A stretch of DNA of 64,000 bases from Chlamydia trachomatis (GCA_945898205.1 CAMDHO010000004.1:7830-71829); one strand, 5' to 3'; positions 24,327-35,385 are shown, counted from the stretch's first letter. Notes: generated by a model from the letters alone, not told the origin. Numbers and translations are program-made.

Positions 24327-27300
24327 TTAGCCATTAATCGCTATTCTTTGTTGTTTATTTTTTTCTTTTTTATGGAAGAAAAGCATGCTGGGGGCTGCGA
24401 TAAACAAGGAAGAAAGAGTTCCAAAAACAACTCCAATAGCCATTACTAGTGCAAATCCAAAAATTGTACTACCACCCATGGTAATAAGGGGGATTAAGAC
24501 TAGCAACGTAGTTCCTGATGTCATAACCGTTCGGCTGAGTGTTATATTTAAAGCGTGGTTAATCACGGTTGTAAAGGGAGACTTTCTCATTTGAATAGAA
24601 TCTTCCCGAATGCGATCAAATACGATAATGGTATCATTTAGCGAATATCCAATAATCGTCATCAAAGCGGCTATTGTATTAAGATCTATTTGCACCGGAG
24701 CACCTAGTTCATGGAGCAAAGCGATAGAGGCTAATGTAAGTAAAATGTCATGTGCAAGGCAAATAGTTGCACTGATAGCGTATTTAAACTCAAAACGGAA
24801 TGTAATATAGATAAAAATGCAAATCAGAGCAATTAGAAGTCCTATTACAGCATTATTTCTCATGGTTTCAGACATTTGTCCGCTGACATTTGACCAATTT
24901 TGAGAGATCGATTCCATAGAGGAATTTTCTATAGATATGTGAGATTTCTGCAAAGAAGAAAGGACCCATTCAATTTTTGAACTAGTCGCATCTGTATTAT
25001 TGGTATTTAAAGGTCTACCAGGAGAGTCTAATGCTCTACTTAAGAAAATACGGACTTGATTCGTAGGAGATAGTTCTCTTACCTGAATTTCTTGAGGTTT
25101 AGCGCCTGTTTTAATTAAAGCTTGCTCTACAGATTGTCTATAATGAGCTTCTGGAGAAGTTGTTAATTCTAAGTTAAGAGCATATCCCCCCGTAAAGTCC
25201 ATTCCTATTAGAGAGTTTTTTTCTTTCAGAGATGAAAATCCGCCGATAATGATAAACAAGGATGAGATAATAAAAGCATGAGGAGCATACTTTAAAAAGT
25301 TAAAGTTTTTTGCTTTAAAAACATTCATCATAGTCAATGACTGGTTTTTTTGGTTTTGGATCCAGCCAGCAAAGAAGTATCTTGTCATAAATAATGCTGT
25401 AAACATGGAAGAGATAATTCCAATGATCAAGGTAACAGCAAACCCTTTAATAGGTCCCGAATCAAAGTGAAGAAGGATCATGGCCGCTATTAACGTGGTT
25501 ACGTTAGAGTCTAGAATTGCAGAAAAGGCTTTTTTATAACCAGCCTGTACCGAAGAGGCAATTCGACCGGTTAGCGTAAATTCCTCTCGAATTCTCTCAA
25601 AGACTAGAACATTGGCATCGACAGCCATTCCAACCGTTAAAATAAGACCTGCTAAACTAGACAAGGTAAGCGTTGCCCCAATATTTTGTAAAGTAGCCCA
25701 CATAATAAGTAAGTTAAAAACCACAGCAATAGAAGCAACCAATCCACTGAATCGGTAGTAACTAGTCATAACAATTAAAACAAGTGCTAAGGCAATGATT
25801 GTAGCCCATATGCCTAACTTTCTTTCTTTCCCGCCAAGCTCAGGACTGACATTCTTCTCAGAGAGTATTTTAGGTGTAAAGCTTAACGATCCTGCTTTTA
25901 AGTCGGATTCTAGTTGGTTCATTTCTCTTTGAGAAAAACTACCAGTAATCATAGCGCTATCTTTTAAATGGGAGTCTAAGGTTGGAGAGCTAACGATAGT
26001 TCCATTTAGGATAACTGCCATTCTCCATCCAAGATTATGAGAAAACTTTCCATTAGAGGTCCCTGCTATTTTTTCTTTAGAAAATGGAAGAGTCCAAGAT
26101 TGGAGATCATCTCTTGGATCTATTTTAATTCCATCTTTAGAGGTAAATGAGCCTCGGATATTAAATGCTAAGAAATTCCCTCTAGAAGGGTCGTAAGATG
26201 CGTGAACATTTTCTAGGTTAGAGCCTTCTAAGGCGAAATTTTTGAATACAATCAGAAGGGGGTGTGTTTGTCCTTGCCATTGAGTGTAGTCATCTCCTCT
26301 GAAAATAGCAATTTGCGAACGTGTGTCATCAAAAATATTAGAAGAATAAGACTCTATTGGATTAGTTAATCGTAGTCCGCTTTCGTAAAGTACTTTTGCT
26401 GATTCACTGCGAGGTTGAATGAATTCGGGATCTAAAGCATCTCCATATAGGTGTTTCCAAGCTATGAGATTGACTTCTTCCGATGAGGTTCTATTACTAA
26501 TAACGGCTTCATTCCAAACTTCTTGTAGAAATGTTTTTACTGCATCAGCAACTAAAGGATTTTTATTCGTGAATTTTTCATTAACTACGTGGAAATACAT
26601 AGAAGATGCTTTTACTAGGTCAGCAGCAGATAGGTGTTGAGAACCGGGAAAGTCTAAGGTGATGAGATTCCCTTCTTGACGAAGATTGACTTCGGAGACT
26701 CCCATTTTATTTACACGACTGTATAGCTCATTCATTCCCTGTTTGATGTCTATTTCATCAGTTACGACGCGGTTATTAGAATCTCTCAGTTCTATTTGAA
26801 TAGTTTTTCCACCAGATAAGTCAAGTCCCCAATGAAGGACTTTGCGGTCGTCTCCTCGGAAGTATTTAATAAAACTAAGATTTAAATTGCTAACTAGAGC
26901 GTTTTGAGTAGGTTTAGGTACATCGAATTTAGAAGCTCCTTTAATGCTTAACTGAGCTGCAATGTAATCATCTTTCCATTTTAGTAAGTCTTCATGGATT
27001 CGGGTGTCAATTTTATTTTCTGTAAGAATTCGTTGTTCAACATTTGTAAACTCTAGAACTGCATAACGTTGAGTTCCTTTTACAGTGAAATTTTCTCTGG
27101 AAGCTGCAATTACGTTTTGAAAGTAATCAGGGGATTCAAAGATAAAATCCCCGGAAAATTCTTTACTTATACTTAGCAAGGAACCTTCATATCCCATATA
27201 TCCGGATTTTTGCAATAAAGACTTGAGTTTATGAAAATCTTGCATAAATAGTTTTGATTGCTCAGAAGAGGGGTCCTCTTCGAGTTTCTTAATAATGCGA

Positions 27301-28832
27301 TCCATGCCTTTTGCTATGACATAAACAGAATTCATGCGGAATCCCATTTCTGGAGCTTTCGATTGTGTAACGGGAGCATAAATAACCAAGTTAATAGTTT
27401 TTTGGTCTATAGGGAGCTCTATATACGATTCGTAGCTGAGAACAGGAAAGACATCGGGCTGTAGGTCTTGATGCCTTGGTTTCCAATCGGAGTCTATTAG
27501 ACTTTTGATGTCGTTTATTTGCGTTTGAGCAATAGATCCTAATCGGAAAGCGAGGAAACTTTTACTGTTTGGTAATTCGGAAATAGCTATTTGGTAACCA
27601 TTTGGAGCTGGTATTATAGATTCTTCTGTCTGACGCGTTAACAAAGCCATTTCATTAAAAAGAAATTGATCTGCTTTATCTGAACTTTTCGAATTAGAGG
27701 AAGTCAAATGGCTTCTGAATTGCGCAATGTCTTTATAGAGAGTTAAGCTAATAGATTCATTTGACCAGTCGATTTGGATAGATTCTATGAAGGCATTGCG
27801 ACCTTCTAAAGAAATTTGTTGTGGGTTGGATTGTAAAATAGATCCGATGTTAGAGTAGGTTAAAGGTGGGGGGCTGCTTGCGAAAGAGGACAGATTGTTT
27901 TTGACAAGAAGAGCTGCAGATTGAAGTTGTGTTGTCTTATTTATTAGGAGTTGTTTGAGTTGCGATTGAGCGGATTCTAAGTATTTTCCTTGCGTTTTTA
28001 AGGACTCTTCTTCTTGGGTTATTTGAAGGATTTGCTCTTTTAGAGATATAGAAACCTCATCCATCTTTGTTGCTAGGTTTTGAGCTATTTGAGACTTATT
28101 CCCAATCTCTGTTTGAACAAAGGAAGAGAAATATCTTTTAGCGATTGAAGAGCTGGTTCCGAAAGAGGAGACGAAAGAGTTAAGGGAAGCGGCTAGGGAA
28201 AATGCTAAATCTTGACTCAAGATAGCGTCATTAGAAGCTATAAGGGCCTGAACAAATTGAGCATTTTGGGAAATTCCACCTAGGGATATGGAGATATGCA
28301 CTAGTCGATCTTTTACTAAAGCATAGTAAAGAGGCGAAATCTGACCTTGTTCATTGGTTTTAGTGGAAAATTGAAAAAAAGAACTGATAGAGTTGGGGTC
28401 GAAATGGACGGGGATTTTTCTTTGCAATTTGACTGTTTTACTTGTGACGTCTTCTGGTGTTCCGTAAAGAGTCAGTTGAGACGGGGTAAAAGGAATTAAA
28501 GCTCCGGCTCTTGGAAGAAATTGACTAAAAGTTTTAGCTTGAGATCCGTTTTGAAAGGAAACCTCAAGGATTCCTGGGTCCTGAGGATCTATTAGGACAG
28601 ATTGCGGCTTTATTTGAAGTAAGCGACAAAATGAGTGTACCCATTTAACGGAATCGGTCTCAAGAGAGTTGATTCTGTTTGTTATATCAATAGAAACTTG
28701 ATTTCCCCTAGATTCATTAACCGAAGAATTAAGTGGTTTGCTGTAGAAAAAAACAGTGGGAAGTATGTTGTAAATAGTCAAGGCTGTGACAGCTAAAATC
28801 AGGATAAATTGCCATCTTTTTTGCTTTTGCAT
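24327..28832 (-). CDS. secDF: protein-export membrane protein SecD/SecF fusion (1501 aa)
   Basis: N-terminal TM helix, then a very long periplasmic region, then two 6-TM SecD/SecF modules (e.g. GMAVDANVLVFERIREE and IGYSLNDTIIVFDRIRED). A fused secDF of this size is characteristic of Chlamydiae. Confidence 0.92.
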   Translation of the reverse strand: MQKQKRWQFILILAVTALTIYNILPTVFFYSKPLNSSVNESRGNQVSIDITNRINSLETDSVKWVHSFCRLLQIKPQSVLIDPQDPGILEVSFQNGSQAKTFSQFLPRAGALIPFTPSQLTLYGTPEDVTSKTVKLQRKIPVHFDPNSISSFFQFSTKTNEQGQISPLYYALVKDRLVHISISLGGISQNAQFVQALIASNDAILSQDLAFSLAASLNSFVSSFGTSSSIAKRYFSSFVQTEIGNKSQIAQNLATKMDEVSISLKEQILQITQEEESLKTQGKYLESAQSQLKQLLINKTTQLQSAALLVKNNLSSFASSPPPLTYSNIGSILQSNPQQISLEGRNAFIESIQIDWSNESISLTLYKDIAQFRSHLTSSNSKSSDKADQFLFNEMALLTRQTEESIIPAPNGYQIAISELPNSKSFLAFRLGSIAQTQINDIKSLIDSDWKPRHQDLQPDVFPVLSYESYIELPIDQKTINLVIYAPVTQSKAPEMGFRMNSVYVIAKGMDRIIKKLEEDPSSEQSKLFMQDFHKLKSLLQKSGYMGYEGSLLSISKEFSGDFIFESPDYFQNVIAASRENFTVKGTQRYAVLEFTNVEQRILTENKIDTRIHEDLLKWKDDYIAAQLSIKGASKFDVPKPTQNALVSNLNLSFIKYFRGDDRKVLHWGLDLSGGKTIQIELRDSNNRVVTDEIDIKQGMNELYSRVNKMGVSEVNLRQEGNLITLDFPGSQHLSAADLVKASSMYFHVVNEKFTNKNPLVADAVKTFLQEVWNEAVISNRTSSEEVNLIAWKHLYGDALDPEFIQPRSESAKVLYESGLRLTNPIESYSSNIFDDTRSQIAIFRGDDYTQWQGQTHPLLIVFKNFALEGSNLENVHASYDPSRGNFLAFNIRGSFTSKDGIKIDPRDDLQSWTLPFSKEKIAGTSNGKFSHNLGWRMAVILNGTIVSSPTLDSHLKDSAMITGSFSQREMNQLESDLKAGSLSFTPKILSEKNVSPELGGKERKLGIWATIIALALVLIVMTSYYRFSGLVASIAVVFNLLIMWATLQNIGATLTLSSLAGLILTVGMAVDANVLVFERIREEFTLTGRIASSVQAGYKKAFSAILDSNVTTLIAAMILLHFDSGPIKGFAVTLIIGIISSMFTALFMTRYFFAGWIQNQKNQSLTMMNVFKAKNFNFLKYAPHAFIISSLFIIIGGFSSLKEKNSLIGMDFTGGYALNLELTTSPEAHYRQSVEQALIKTGAKPQEIQVRELSPTNQVRIFLSRALDSPGRPLNTNNTDATSSKIEWVLSSLQKSHISIENSSMESISQNWSNVSGQMSETMRNNAVIGLLIALICIFIYITFRFEFKYAISATICLAHDILLTLASIALLHELGAPVQIDLNTIAALMTIIGYSLNDTIIVFDRIREDSIQMRKSPFTTVINHALNITLSRTVMTSGTTLLVLIPLITMGGSTIFGFALVMAIGVVFGTLSSLFIAAPSMLFFHKKEKNKQQRIAING

Positions 28833-29038
28833 AGGTCGCTCGATCCTCGGATAAAATAAATGATTTTAATGAAAATAGTAGAGGATATATTCCTTTCTCG
28901 ATTCTGTCTAGTTAAATAAAAATTCAAACTTCTAGTTGTTTTTTTAGGAGAGCAAAAATAATTTCCACTCAATTCACTCGATCGGTTATGCTATCTTTAG
29001 TGAACGTATTCTTCCATTCATCGTTAAAAGAGATTTAC

Positions 29039-30337
29039 ATGTCGAATGTTATAGTTGTAGTCGGGATTCAGTGGGGAGATGAAGGAAAGGGGAAGATTGT
29101 TGATATCTTGTCTGAAAGGGCGGACTTTGTAGTAAGGTCTCAAGGTGGCAATAATGCAGGGCATACAATTGTGGTGGGGGAAGATGAATTTAAATTTCAT
29201 TTGGTTCCGTCAGGAATTCTATATCCCAATGTTCGTTGCTGTGTAGCTGGCGGATGTGTGGTAGACTTAGAGTCTTTAATTTATGAGATGGAAGCGTTAG
29301 AAAAGCAGGGTTTTTCTCTTTTAGGAAGATTGCATATTTCGGCATTTGCTCACCTTATCATGCCCTATCATAAGGATTGGGATCTGTGGCAAGAAGAAAT
29401 GAAAGGAGAGAATTCTATAGGAACAACGCGTAAAGGAATAGGTCCGTGTTATGCGGATAAAGCTAATCGTATTGGAATTCAGGTTGGAGAGCTGTTAAAT
29501 CCAATCCAGCTTACTAAGCATTTAGAGCAAGTCCTGTCTTTAAAAAATAAAGAGTTGGAACTTTTTTTTAAAAGACCTCTGATTGATTTAAAAGAGATTT
29601 TGAAAAAAGTACTGCAACAGGCTTCTTTTTTAAGGGAATATATTTCATTTGATGTTGAAAGAGATGTTGCCGAAGCGGCCTCTTCTGGGAAGAAGGTGTT
29701 ATTAGAAGGTGCTCACGGATCTTATTTAGATCAAACGTTTGGGACGTATCCGTATGTTACCTCTGTCAGTTCGATTGCTTCCGGGATTGCGGCAGGGACA
29801 GCCCTCGGCCCAACTCAAATAAGTCATGTATTGGGGGTGGTTAAAGCTTTTACCACGCGTGTGGGGCATGGGCCTCTACCTACTGAATTGAAAGAAGCTG
29901 AAAGGGCTTTCTTTTTGAGCAATGAAGAGGCTCGGGAGATCGCGACAACAACTAAAAGACGACGCCGGATAGGCTGGTTGGATATTCCTTTAGTTCGGCA
30001 ATCGTTAAGATGGAATAGCGCAACCTCTATGGCAATTATGAAGTTGGATGTTTTGGATCAACTTGCTGAAATTAAATTATGCATCGCTTATCGCTTAGAT
30101 GGAAATCTAATAGATTGTCCTCCTGCAATGACCTCAGATTGGGATCGGGTAGAGGCTGTTTATGAGAGTATTCCTGGGTGGCAAGAGTCGACAAAAGAAG
30201 TGTCCTCTTACGAAGAGCTTCCAAAGAATGCGCTAGCATATCTTAAAAAAATTGAAAAGCTTTGTCAGTGTCCCATTTCTTTTATTTCGTATGGACCGCA
30301 GAGAGAAAAAACAATTCAAATACACGGGTTTTTTTAA
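29039..30337 (+). CDS. purA: adenylosuccinate synthetase
   Basis: MSNVIVVVGIQWGDEGKGKIVD (P-loop), GGNNAGHT and GTTRKGIGPCYADK. The start is placed at Met18 of the listed ORF. Confidence 0.93.
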   Translation: MSNVIVVVGIQWGDEGKGKIVDILSERADFVVRSQGGNNAGHTIVVGEDEFKFHLVPSGILYPNVRCCVAGGCVVDLESLIYEMEALEKQGFSLLGRLHISAFAHLIMPYHKDWDLWQEEMKGENSIGTTRKGIGPCYADKANRIGIQVGELLNPIQLTKHLEQVLSLKNKELELFFKRPLIDLKEILKKVLQQASFLREYISFDVERDVAEAASSGKKVLLEGAHGSYLDQTFGTYPYVTSVSSIASGIAAGTALGPTQISHVLGVVKAFTTRVGHGPLPTELKEAERAFFLSNEEAREIATTTKRRRRIGWLDIPLVRQSLRWNSATSMAIMKLDVLDQLAEIKLCIAYRLDGNLIDCPPAMTSDWDRVEAVYESIPGWQESTKEVSSYEELPKNALAYLKKIEKLCQCPISFISYGPQREKTIQIHGFF

Positions 30338-30341
30338 TTAG

Positions 30342-31115
30342 ATGCACTTGCTATCAACAGATGAAAAAAAAGAAAATCTAGAAGATTTAACCCGCAAAAT
30401 AGCTCGAATTCGTCTAGGAGATGTCCCAGAGCATATTGCCATTATTATGGATGGAAATAGGCGATGGGCTAAGAGAAAGGGAGTTCCTGAAATATATGGG
30501 CATTGGAAAGGATCAAGTGTGATTACTGAAATTCTTTCTATGGCTTCGATTTTAGGGGTCAAAGTTCTGACTTTATATGCTTTTTCAACAGAGAATTGGG
30601 GAAGGCCTCAGAGAGAAATTGATCAACTTATGCGATTGATTGCTTTTTATTTAAGAAAAAAAAAGCAATCTATGATAGAAGAGTCTGTAAAGTTGGAGAC
30701 TATTGGAGATCTTTCTCGATTACCACAGTTTGTTCAAGATCGGCTAGCGCAGACAAAAAAAGAAACGTCCTTGGGTTCGAAGATCCAATTGGTTTTGGCT
30801 TTGAATTATGGAGGGAGAGATGAGATAAAAAGAGCTGTAGAGAAAATAGCTAGTGATTTAGAATCAAGAAAAATTGAAAAACAACAGATTTCAGAAGATT
30901 TGATTAGTAGTTATTTAGATACGGGTTCTTTAGGCGATCCCTCTTTATTTATTAGAACAAGTGGAGAGCATCGACTTAGTAATTTTCTTCTTTGGCAACT
31001 GTCTTATGCGGAAGTTTTCTTTACAAAGATTTTGTGGCCAGATTTTCAGCAGAAGGACTTATTAGATGCAATTCTTGAATTTCAAAAACGAGATAGGAGG
31101 CTTGGAGGAGCATGA
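30342..31115 (+). CDS. uppS: undecaprenyl-diphosphate synthase (di-trans,poly-cis-decaprenylcistransferase)
   Basis: HIAIIMDGNRRWA, LTLYAFSTENWGRP and IRTSGEHRLSNFLLWQLSYAE. Confidence 0.93.
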   Translation: MHLLSTDEKKENLEDLTRKIARIRLGDVPEHIAIIMDGNRRWAKRKGVPEIYGHWKGSSVITEILSMASILGVKVLTLYAFSTENWGRPQREIDQLMRLIAFYLRKKKQSMIEESVKLETIGDLSRLPQFVQDRLAQTKKETSLGSKIQLVLALNYGGRDEIKRAVEKIASDLESRKIEKQQISEDLISSYLDTGSLGDPSLFIRTSGEHRLSNFLLWQLSYAEVFFTKILWPDFQQKDLLDAILEFQKRDRRLGGA

Positions 31116-31984
31116 AGCAAAAGAATTTAACTGATTTAAATAAAAGACTTAAAGTTTCTTTGTCAGCAATTATTGTTATAGCTTTTCTTATGGTATTTTC
31201 TCACCATGTTATTATAAAAGCATTGTTGGTTTTGCTAGTTGCGGGACTTGCTGCTATTGGAATTTGGGAGTATGTTCAATTAGCTAGAGCGAAATCTCTA
31301 AAGCCAGCTCTTATTCCGATGATAATTATCGCAGTGTGTGAGGTTGTTGCTTTTTTTTTAGCGCATAAATTGATGGTATTTTCTCAAATGCCGGCTATTG
31401 TATTGTCTATAGGTGCGGCGCTATTTTTTCTCGTTCACTTTAAAGAAACATCTAACGCTATTTTTCATGTCGCTGTAGAATTTTTTGGGGTTTGTTATGT
31501 GTCAGTTCCTTTAAGTTTTATGTTGGCTATTTTATATCCCATATCTTCAGAGGGAGTCTCTTGGGATGGGAGAGTTTGGCTTGTTTATTTAATTTTAGTG
31601 ACAAAGGTAACGGATGTAGGGGCTTATTTTGTAGGAAGGCTGTGGGGAAAAGCTCTTTTAGCTCCAATACTGAGCCCTAAAAAAACAGTAGAAGGAGCTA
31701 TTGCAGGCTTTATTTGCGCTGTTGGGTGTAGTGTTCTTTTTAGTGTGGCATCAAAGTTTCTTTTCCCTGAATTTTTCCAACTTCCTATATTAGCGGCGGT
31801 CTTTTTAGGTTCTTGTATAGGGATTGTAGGTCAAATTGGAGATTTAGCAGAATCGCTATTAAAAAGAGATGCTGAAATCAAAGATAGCAATGCTCTTCCT
31901 GGGCTTGGAGGCGTACTTGATATGGTAGATTCTCTTTTATTAACGGCCCCTGTAGTCTACTTTTACCTTCAATTCCATAGATAG
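31112..31984 (+). CDS. cdsA: phosphatidate cytidylyltransferase
   Basis: Multi-TM protein. The C-terminal signature region is SPKKTVEGAIAG ... GDLAESLLKRDAEIKDSNALPGLGGVLDMVDS. Confidence 0.9.
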   Translation: MKQKNLTDLNKRLKVSLSAIIVIAFLMVFSHHVIIKALLVLLVAGLAAIGIWEYVQLARAKSLKPALIPMIIIAVCEVVAFFLAHKLMVFSQMPAIVLSIGAALFFLVHFKETSNAIFHVAVEFFGVCYVSVPLSFMLAILYPISSEGVSWDGRVWLVYLILVTKVTDVGAYFVGRLWGKALLAPILSPKKTVEGAIAGFICAVGCSVLFSVASKFLFPEFFQLPILAAVFLGSCIGIVGQIGDLAESLLKRDAEIKDSNALPGLGGVLDMVDSLLLTAPVVYFYLQFHR

Positions 31985-31987
31985 AAA

Positions 31988-32656
31988 ATGATTATTACAA
32001 TTGATGGTCCTTCAGGTACAGGGAAGTCTACGATAGCTCGATTACTTGCTAAAAGATTAGGTTTTTCTTTTTTTGATACCGGTGCTATGTATAGATCCTT
32101 GGCTTGGTGGATTCAGAGAGAAAATATTGACTTGAGTAAAAAAGAGTTATTTCTAATTCGATTAAAAGATTTTCAATTTTCTATTAAAGAGGAAGTTGAA
32201 GGGAAAAGATATCTAGTATATGACATAGATGTAACGGAAGAGATTCGAAAAAAAGAAATTACGGAAGCTGTTTCCTGCATTGCAGCGATTAAGGAAGTTA
32301 GAGATTTTCTTTTACCGATTCAAAGAGAATACGCTAAAAGGTGTGATTCGGTATTTGAAGGGAGAGATTTGGGTACTATAGTCTTTCCAGAGGCAGAGGT
32401 GAAGTTTTTTTTAATAGCATCTCCTGAAGTGAGAGGAAAAAGACGATATTTAGAGTTGATTTCTAACAATCCGGATAGTTCTATTAAGTTAGAAGAAGTC
32501 GTAAAATCATTACAAGAAAGAGACGATAGCGATAGCTCTAGAGAGATTGCACCTTTAAAATGTCCGTTGGATTCTAAGGTTGTGGATACTTCAGGACTTT
32601 CGATTGATCAAGTGATAGAAATCCTTTTACAATACATACTTACCAAGAAAAAATAA
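31988..32656 (+). CDS. cmk: cytidylate kinase
   Basis: IITIDGPSGTGKSTIARLLAKRLGF...DTGAMYR. Confidence 0.92.
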   Translation: MIITIDGPSGTGKSTIARLLAKRLGFSFFDTGAMYRSLAWWIQRENIDLSKKELFLIRLKDFQFSIKEEVEGKRYLVYDIDVTEEIRKKEITEAVSCIAAIKEVRDFLLPIQREYAKRCDSVFEGRDLGTIVFPEAEVKFFLIASPEVRGKRRYLELISNNPDSSIKLEEVVKSLQERDDSDSSREIAPLKCPLDSKVVDTSGLSIDQVIEILLQYILTKKK

Positions 32657-33321
32657 TGCAAGGCTGGCTTAAAAATTCAAGTAATTACCTATATAAAATT
32701 ATCTTATTTATTGTGTTTTTCTTTTTTAAACTTGTATACCGCAATAAAATTTACGGAGCTGAAAATTTTTATCCAGGAGCAGCTATCTTAGCTGCAAATC
32801 ATGCTTCTTTTTATGATCCTCCTCTTTTGGCTATTTCAACTCCCTATGAAGTGCATTTTCTTGCGAGAAAAACGCTTTTTGATCCATTTTTATTCGGGTC
32901 ACTGATTAAACGTTTAAATGCACACCCTGTTTCAGGAAAAGCGCAAGATGTAGCAGTCTTTAAAACGATTGTTCGGTTAATAAAGCAAGGGAAAAAAGTG
33001 ATTATATTTCCGGAAGGGACGCGATCTCAAGATGGGAATTTACAGTCGATTAAGCCGGGGATTGCGATGCTGATATCTAGAACAGGGGCCGCAATTATTC
33101 CAGTTTACTTGGCAGGAACGTTTAACATTTGGTCTTGGCATAGAAAGTTTCCTAAGCTTTGGGGAGCAACAGCATGTGTTTTTGGAAAACCTATGCATTT
33201 TTTGTGGGACTCATCAAAGGACTCTAAAGAGCAACAGGAAGAAATTTCTAAGCAAATTGAAGTAGCAATTTTGAACTTAAAGCAATGGTATGAAAAGGGA
33301 GCGATTGGATCGCCCCCTTAA
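32656..33321 (+). CDS. plsC: 1-acyl-sn-glycerol-3-phosphate acyltransferase
   Basis: HX4D motif (ANHASFYDP), FPEGTRS, and an N-terminal membrane anchor. Confidence 0.88.
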   Translation: MQGWLKNSSNYLYKIILFIVFFFFKLVYRNKIYGAENFYPGAAILAANHASFYDPPLLAISTPYEVHFLARKTLFDPFLFGSLIKRLNAHPVSGKAQDVAVFKTIVRLIKQGKKVIIFPEGTRSQDGNLQSIKPGIAMLISRTGAAIIPVYLAGTFNIWSWHRKFPKLWGATACVFGKPMHFLWDSSKDSKEQQEEISKQIEVAILNLKQWYEKGAIGSPP

Positions 33322-33327
33322 AAATAT

Positions 33328-34389
33328 TTAGAAAGCAAGTCCTAGTTTCCATGTGAGTCCTTGTAACGTCAAAGATCCACAGCTGCTGCTCATTCCATTG
33401 ACGATGTTTTTATTATAACCAATCCAGATTTGTTCTTCCCATCCTGCTTTAGTATAAAACTGATATTGGTTTTGTTTAAACCATACCATATAGGAAAGCC
33501 CTAATCCAGCTTCAATAACGGGTAGAATGTCTTGAGTATTTCTATAGTAAGAGCGAGATGAAAAGTCGCCGTTTAAAGTGAATTTATTAATAAAAGTATT
33601 GTGGAAACTGCCCCAAAGAGCTGTAATTGATAAGTTCCCATAGAAGCCAAATGAGGGAATAATATGCCATAGTGTATCAATTCCAGCTTTAATGCCGAGT
33701 CCTGACAGGTTTTGTCTAAGAGTTGCTGCTGCGCTATTTATTGGGCCTCGTCCTGTATATGTAATTTTGGTTCTCTCAAAAAGAGAGGCTCCTTTAATTC
33801 CAATATTGGGTCTTAATGTTAGTCTTTTACTGATGAAGAAGTTTCTCCCTACCTCGGCATCTAAGATATTAAATAAAGATTTTCGCAAGGCGCTTGTATT
33901 AAGGATTGCAATAGAGCTTAAAATGCCTTCTTCCGCCCCTTGGGCAAAAGGAGTGATTAAACTAGAATATCCTGGAGTTAAGCTGTTTCCTGAATTTTTT
34001 AAGTCGGGTTGATAAAGCCAAGTATACTCTGTATATACATCCCATCCATCATGATATAAATCCATTCCAGTTCCCACTTTTAAACCGGGTTGAAATTTAA
34101 AATGGGGGGTGAGTATATCTCCGTTAATTTGAGCGTAATCAAAATTAGATACGTAAGATTTCCACCAAATAAAATCAATGTCTATTAAAACGTCTTGTCC
34201 TTGCTCTACTCTTGGTGACACAGTGGGTGTAATGAGGCCGCGTGGTTCTGTTGTTACAGCTTCGGGCGTATAGGCTACGGAATGAGTGGGAATAGAAGGC
34301 TCTATGAACGGTTCTTCGATAGAATTCTCTAGTGCGAAGCTGGCGCTAAGGCAAAGGAAAGAACTTGCAAAGTAAAATATAGATTTCAT
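33328..34389 (-). CDS. outer-membrane beta-barrel protein (porin-like; MOMP-like family possible)
   Basis: Signal peptide (MKSIFYFASSFLCLSASFA). Alternating hydrophobic beta-strand pattern, rich in aromatic residues and Gly. The C-terminal ...WKLGLAF ends in Phe, as OMP sorting signals do. The start is placed at Met23 of the listed ORF. Confidence 0.65.
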   Translation of the reverse strand: MKSIFYFASSFLCLSASFALENSIEEPFIEPSIPTHSVAYTPEAVTTEPRGLITPTVSPRVEQGQDVLIDIDFIWWKSYVSNFDYAQINGDILTPHFKFQPGLKVGTGMDLYHDGWDVYTEYTWLYQPDLKNSGNSLTPGYSSLITPFAQGAEEGILSSIAILNTSALRKSLFNILDAEVGRNFFISKRLTLRPNIGIKGASLFERTKITYTGRGPINSAAATLRQNLSGLGIKAGIDTLWHIIPSFGFYGNLSITALWGSFHNTFINKFTLNGDFSSRSYYRNTQDILPVIEAGLGLSYMVWFKQNQYQFYTKAGWEEQIWIGYNKNIVNGMSSSCGSLTLQGLTWKLGLAF

Positions 34390-34720
34390 TTGATTGACGG
34401 CGAGGAGGAAGCGCCGCTCCCATGTTGTTAATTTAGTTAATTCTACACAATCCATAACGTATTAAGGTGTTTTTTATTTTGGTTTGATGACACTGGGTAA
34501 CTGACAAAAATATTTTATTAGTCTACGTCGAAGAACTTTTTTTAATCAATCCTAAAATGAGATTAGAAAAATTTTATTATGTATCTTGCTTATTTTTAAT
34601 TGCTTGCTTTGTCAGTTCTTTGTTTAGTTTTAATTAATGTGCGCATATAATTAAGTAATGATTTAGTTTGATGGTTTATTTTTATTTATAATAATTAAAA
34701 AATACTACAGGAGAGTGATT

Positions 34721-35161
34721 ATGAAAGTGCCAAGTTTTACAGAGATGCGTAATAGTGTTAATCAATCTATTAGTTCTCTTAAGGATTATTCAGTTAGCTT
34801 TAAGCTTCCAAATATGAAGAAATCGGTTGCAGTAGGAACTGTTATAGGTTCATCAGTAATAGCTCCAGAAGCAGATAGAGTACAAAAGCTGTATAAAGGG
34901 ACTGTGTTTAAAGGGGCTATTGCCGCTTTGGGGACATTAGCAAGCGGAGCTGTTTGTTTAGGTTCTATGATGTTGTTAATGTCTAATCCTATAGGGTTAG
35001 GAATTCTTGTTATTGGAACTGTTGCATTAGCTGTAGCTCTTTTTGTGTTAGGAAGCACAGCAAATGTGTCTAAGCAGTTGCCACCACTTCCTGTAGAAGT
35101 TGTTGCTCCTCCGGCTCCTAGAACTTGGCCCGGATATTTTATGTCATTTGTGGGTTATTAA
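34721..35161 (+). CDS. small membrane protein with one long bilobed hydrophobic domain (Inc-like)
   Basis: A ~50-aa hydrophobic block (GAIAALGTLASGAVCLGSMMLLMSNPIGLGILVIGTVALAVALFVLGS) is split by a short polar turn. AGGAG lies 8 nt upstream of the ATG at 34721, and a strong terminator follows. Confidence 0.55.
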   Translation: MKVPSFTEMRNSVNQSISSLKDYSVSFKLPNMKKSVAVGTVIGSSVIAPEADRVQKLYKGTVFKGAIAALGTLASGAVCLGSMMLLMSNPIGLGILVIGTVALAVALFVLGSTANVSKQLPPLPVEVVAPPAPRTWPGYFMSFVGY

Positions 35162-35191
35162 GTGTAATAAGTTATTCAAAATTGTCTTTAT

Positions 35192-35229
35192 AAAAAACAA
35201 GAGAGGTTTCACTTCTCTTGTTTTTTTTT
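35192..35229 (+). terminator. intrinsic terminator
   Basis: aaaaaa-caagaga-ggtttcact-tctcttg followed by a T9 run, 30 nt after the stop of the Inc-like gene. Confidence 0.75.
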
Positions 35230-35385
35230 ATAAAGTTATCAATAAAAACAAGTTGGTTAAATGATGATCTTTAAGTTCTTTGTCATTTTTGTTATTTGAG
35301 TAGGTTGAAGGCGTTATCCTGTTCTTGTGAAGTTTAACTTTTATTTAAGAGAAGGATTGCTAGGATATTCTTTTTTTTTGAAGGA

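Noticed and set aside
24327-28832. The very long SecD/SecF ORF (1501 aa), considered as a possible artefactual fusion or novel giant protein.
   Set aside because: Fused secDF with an expanded periplasmic domain is the normal state in Chlamydiae as far as I recall. The ORF is continuous, with both 6-TM modules in the expected order.
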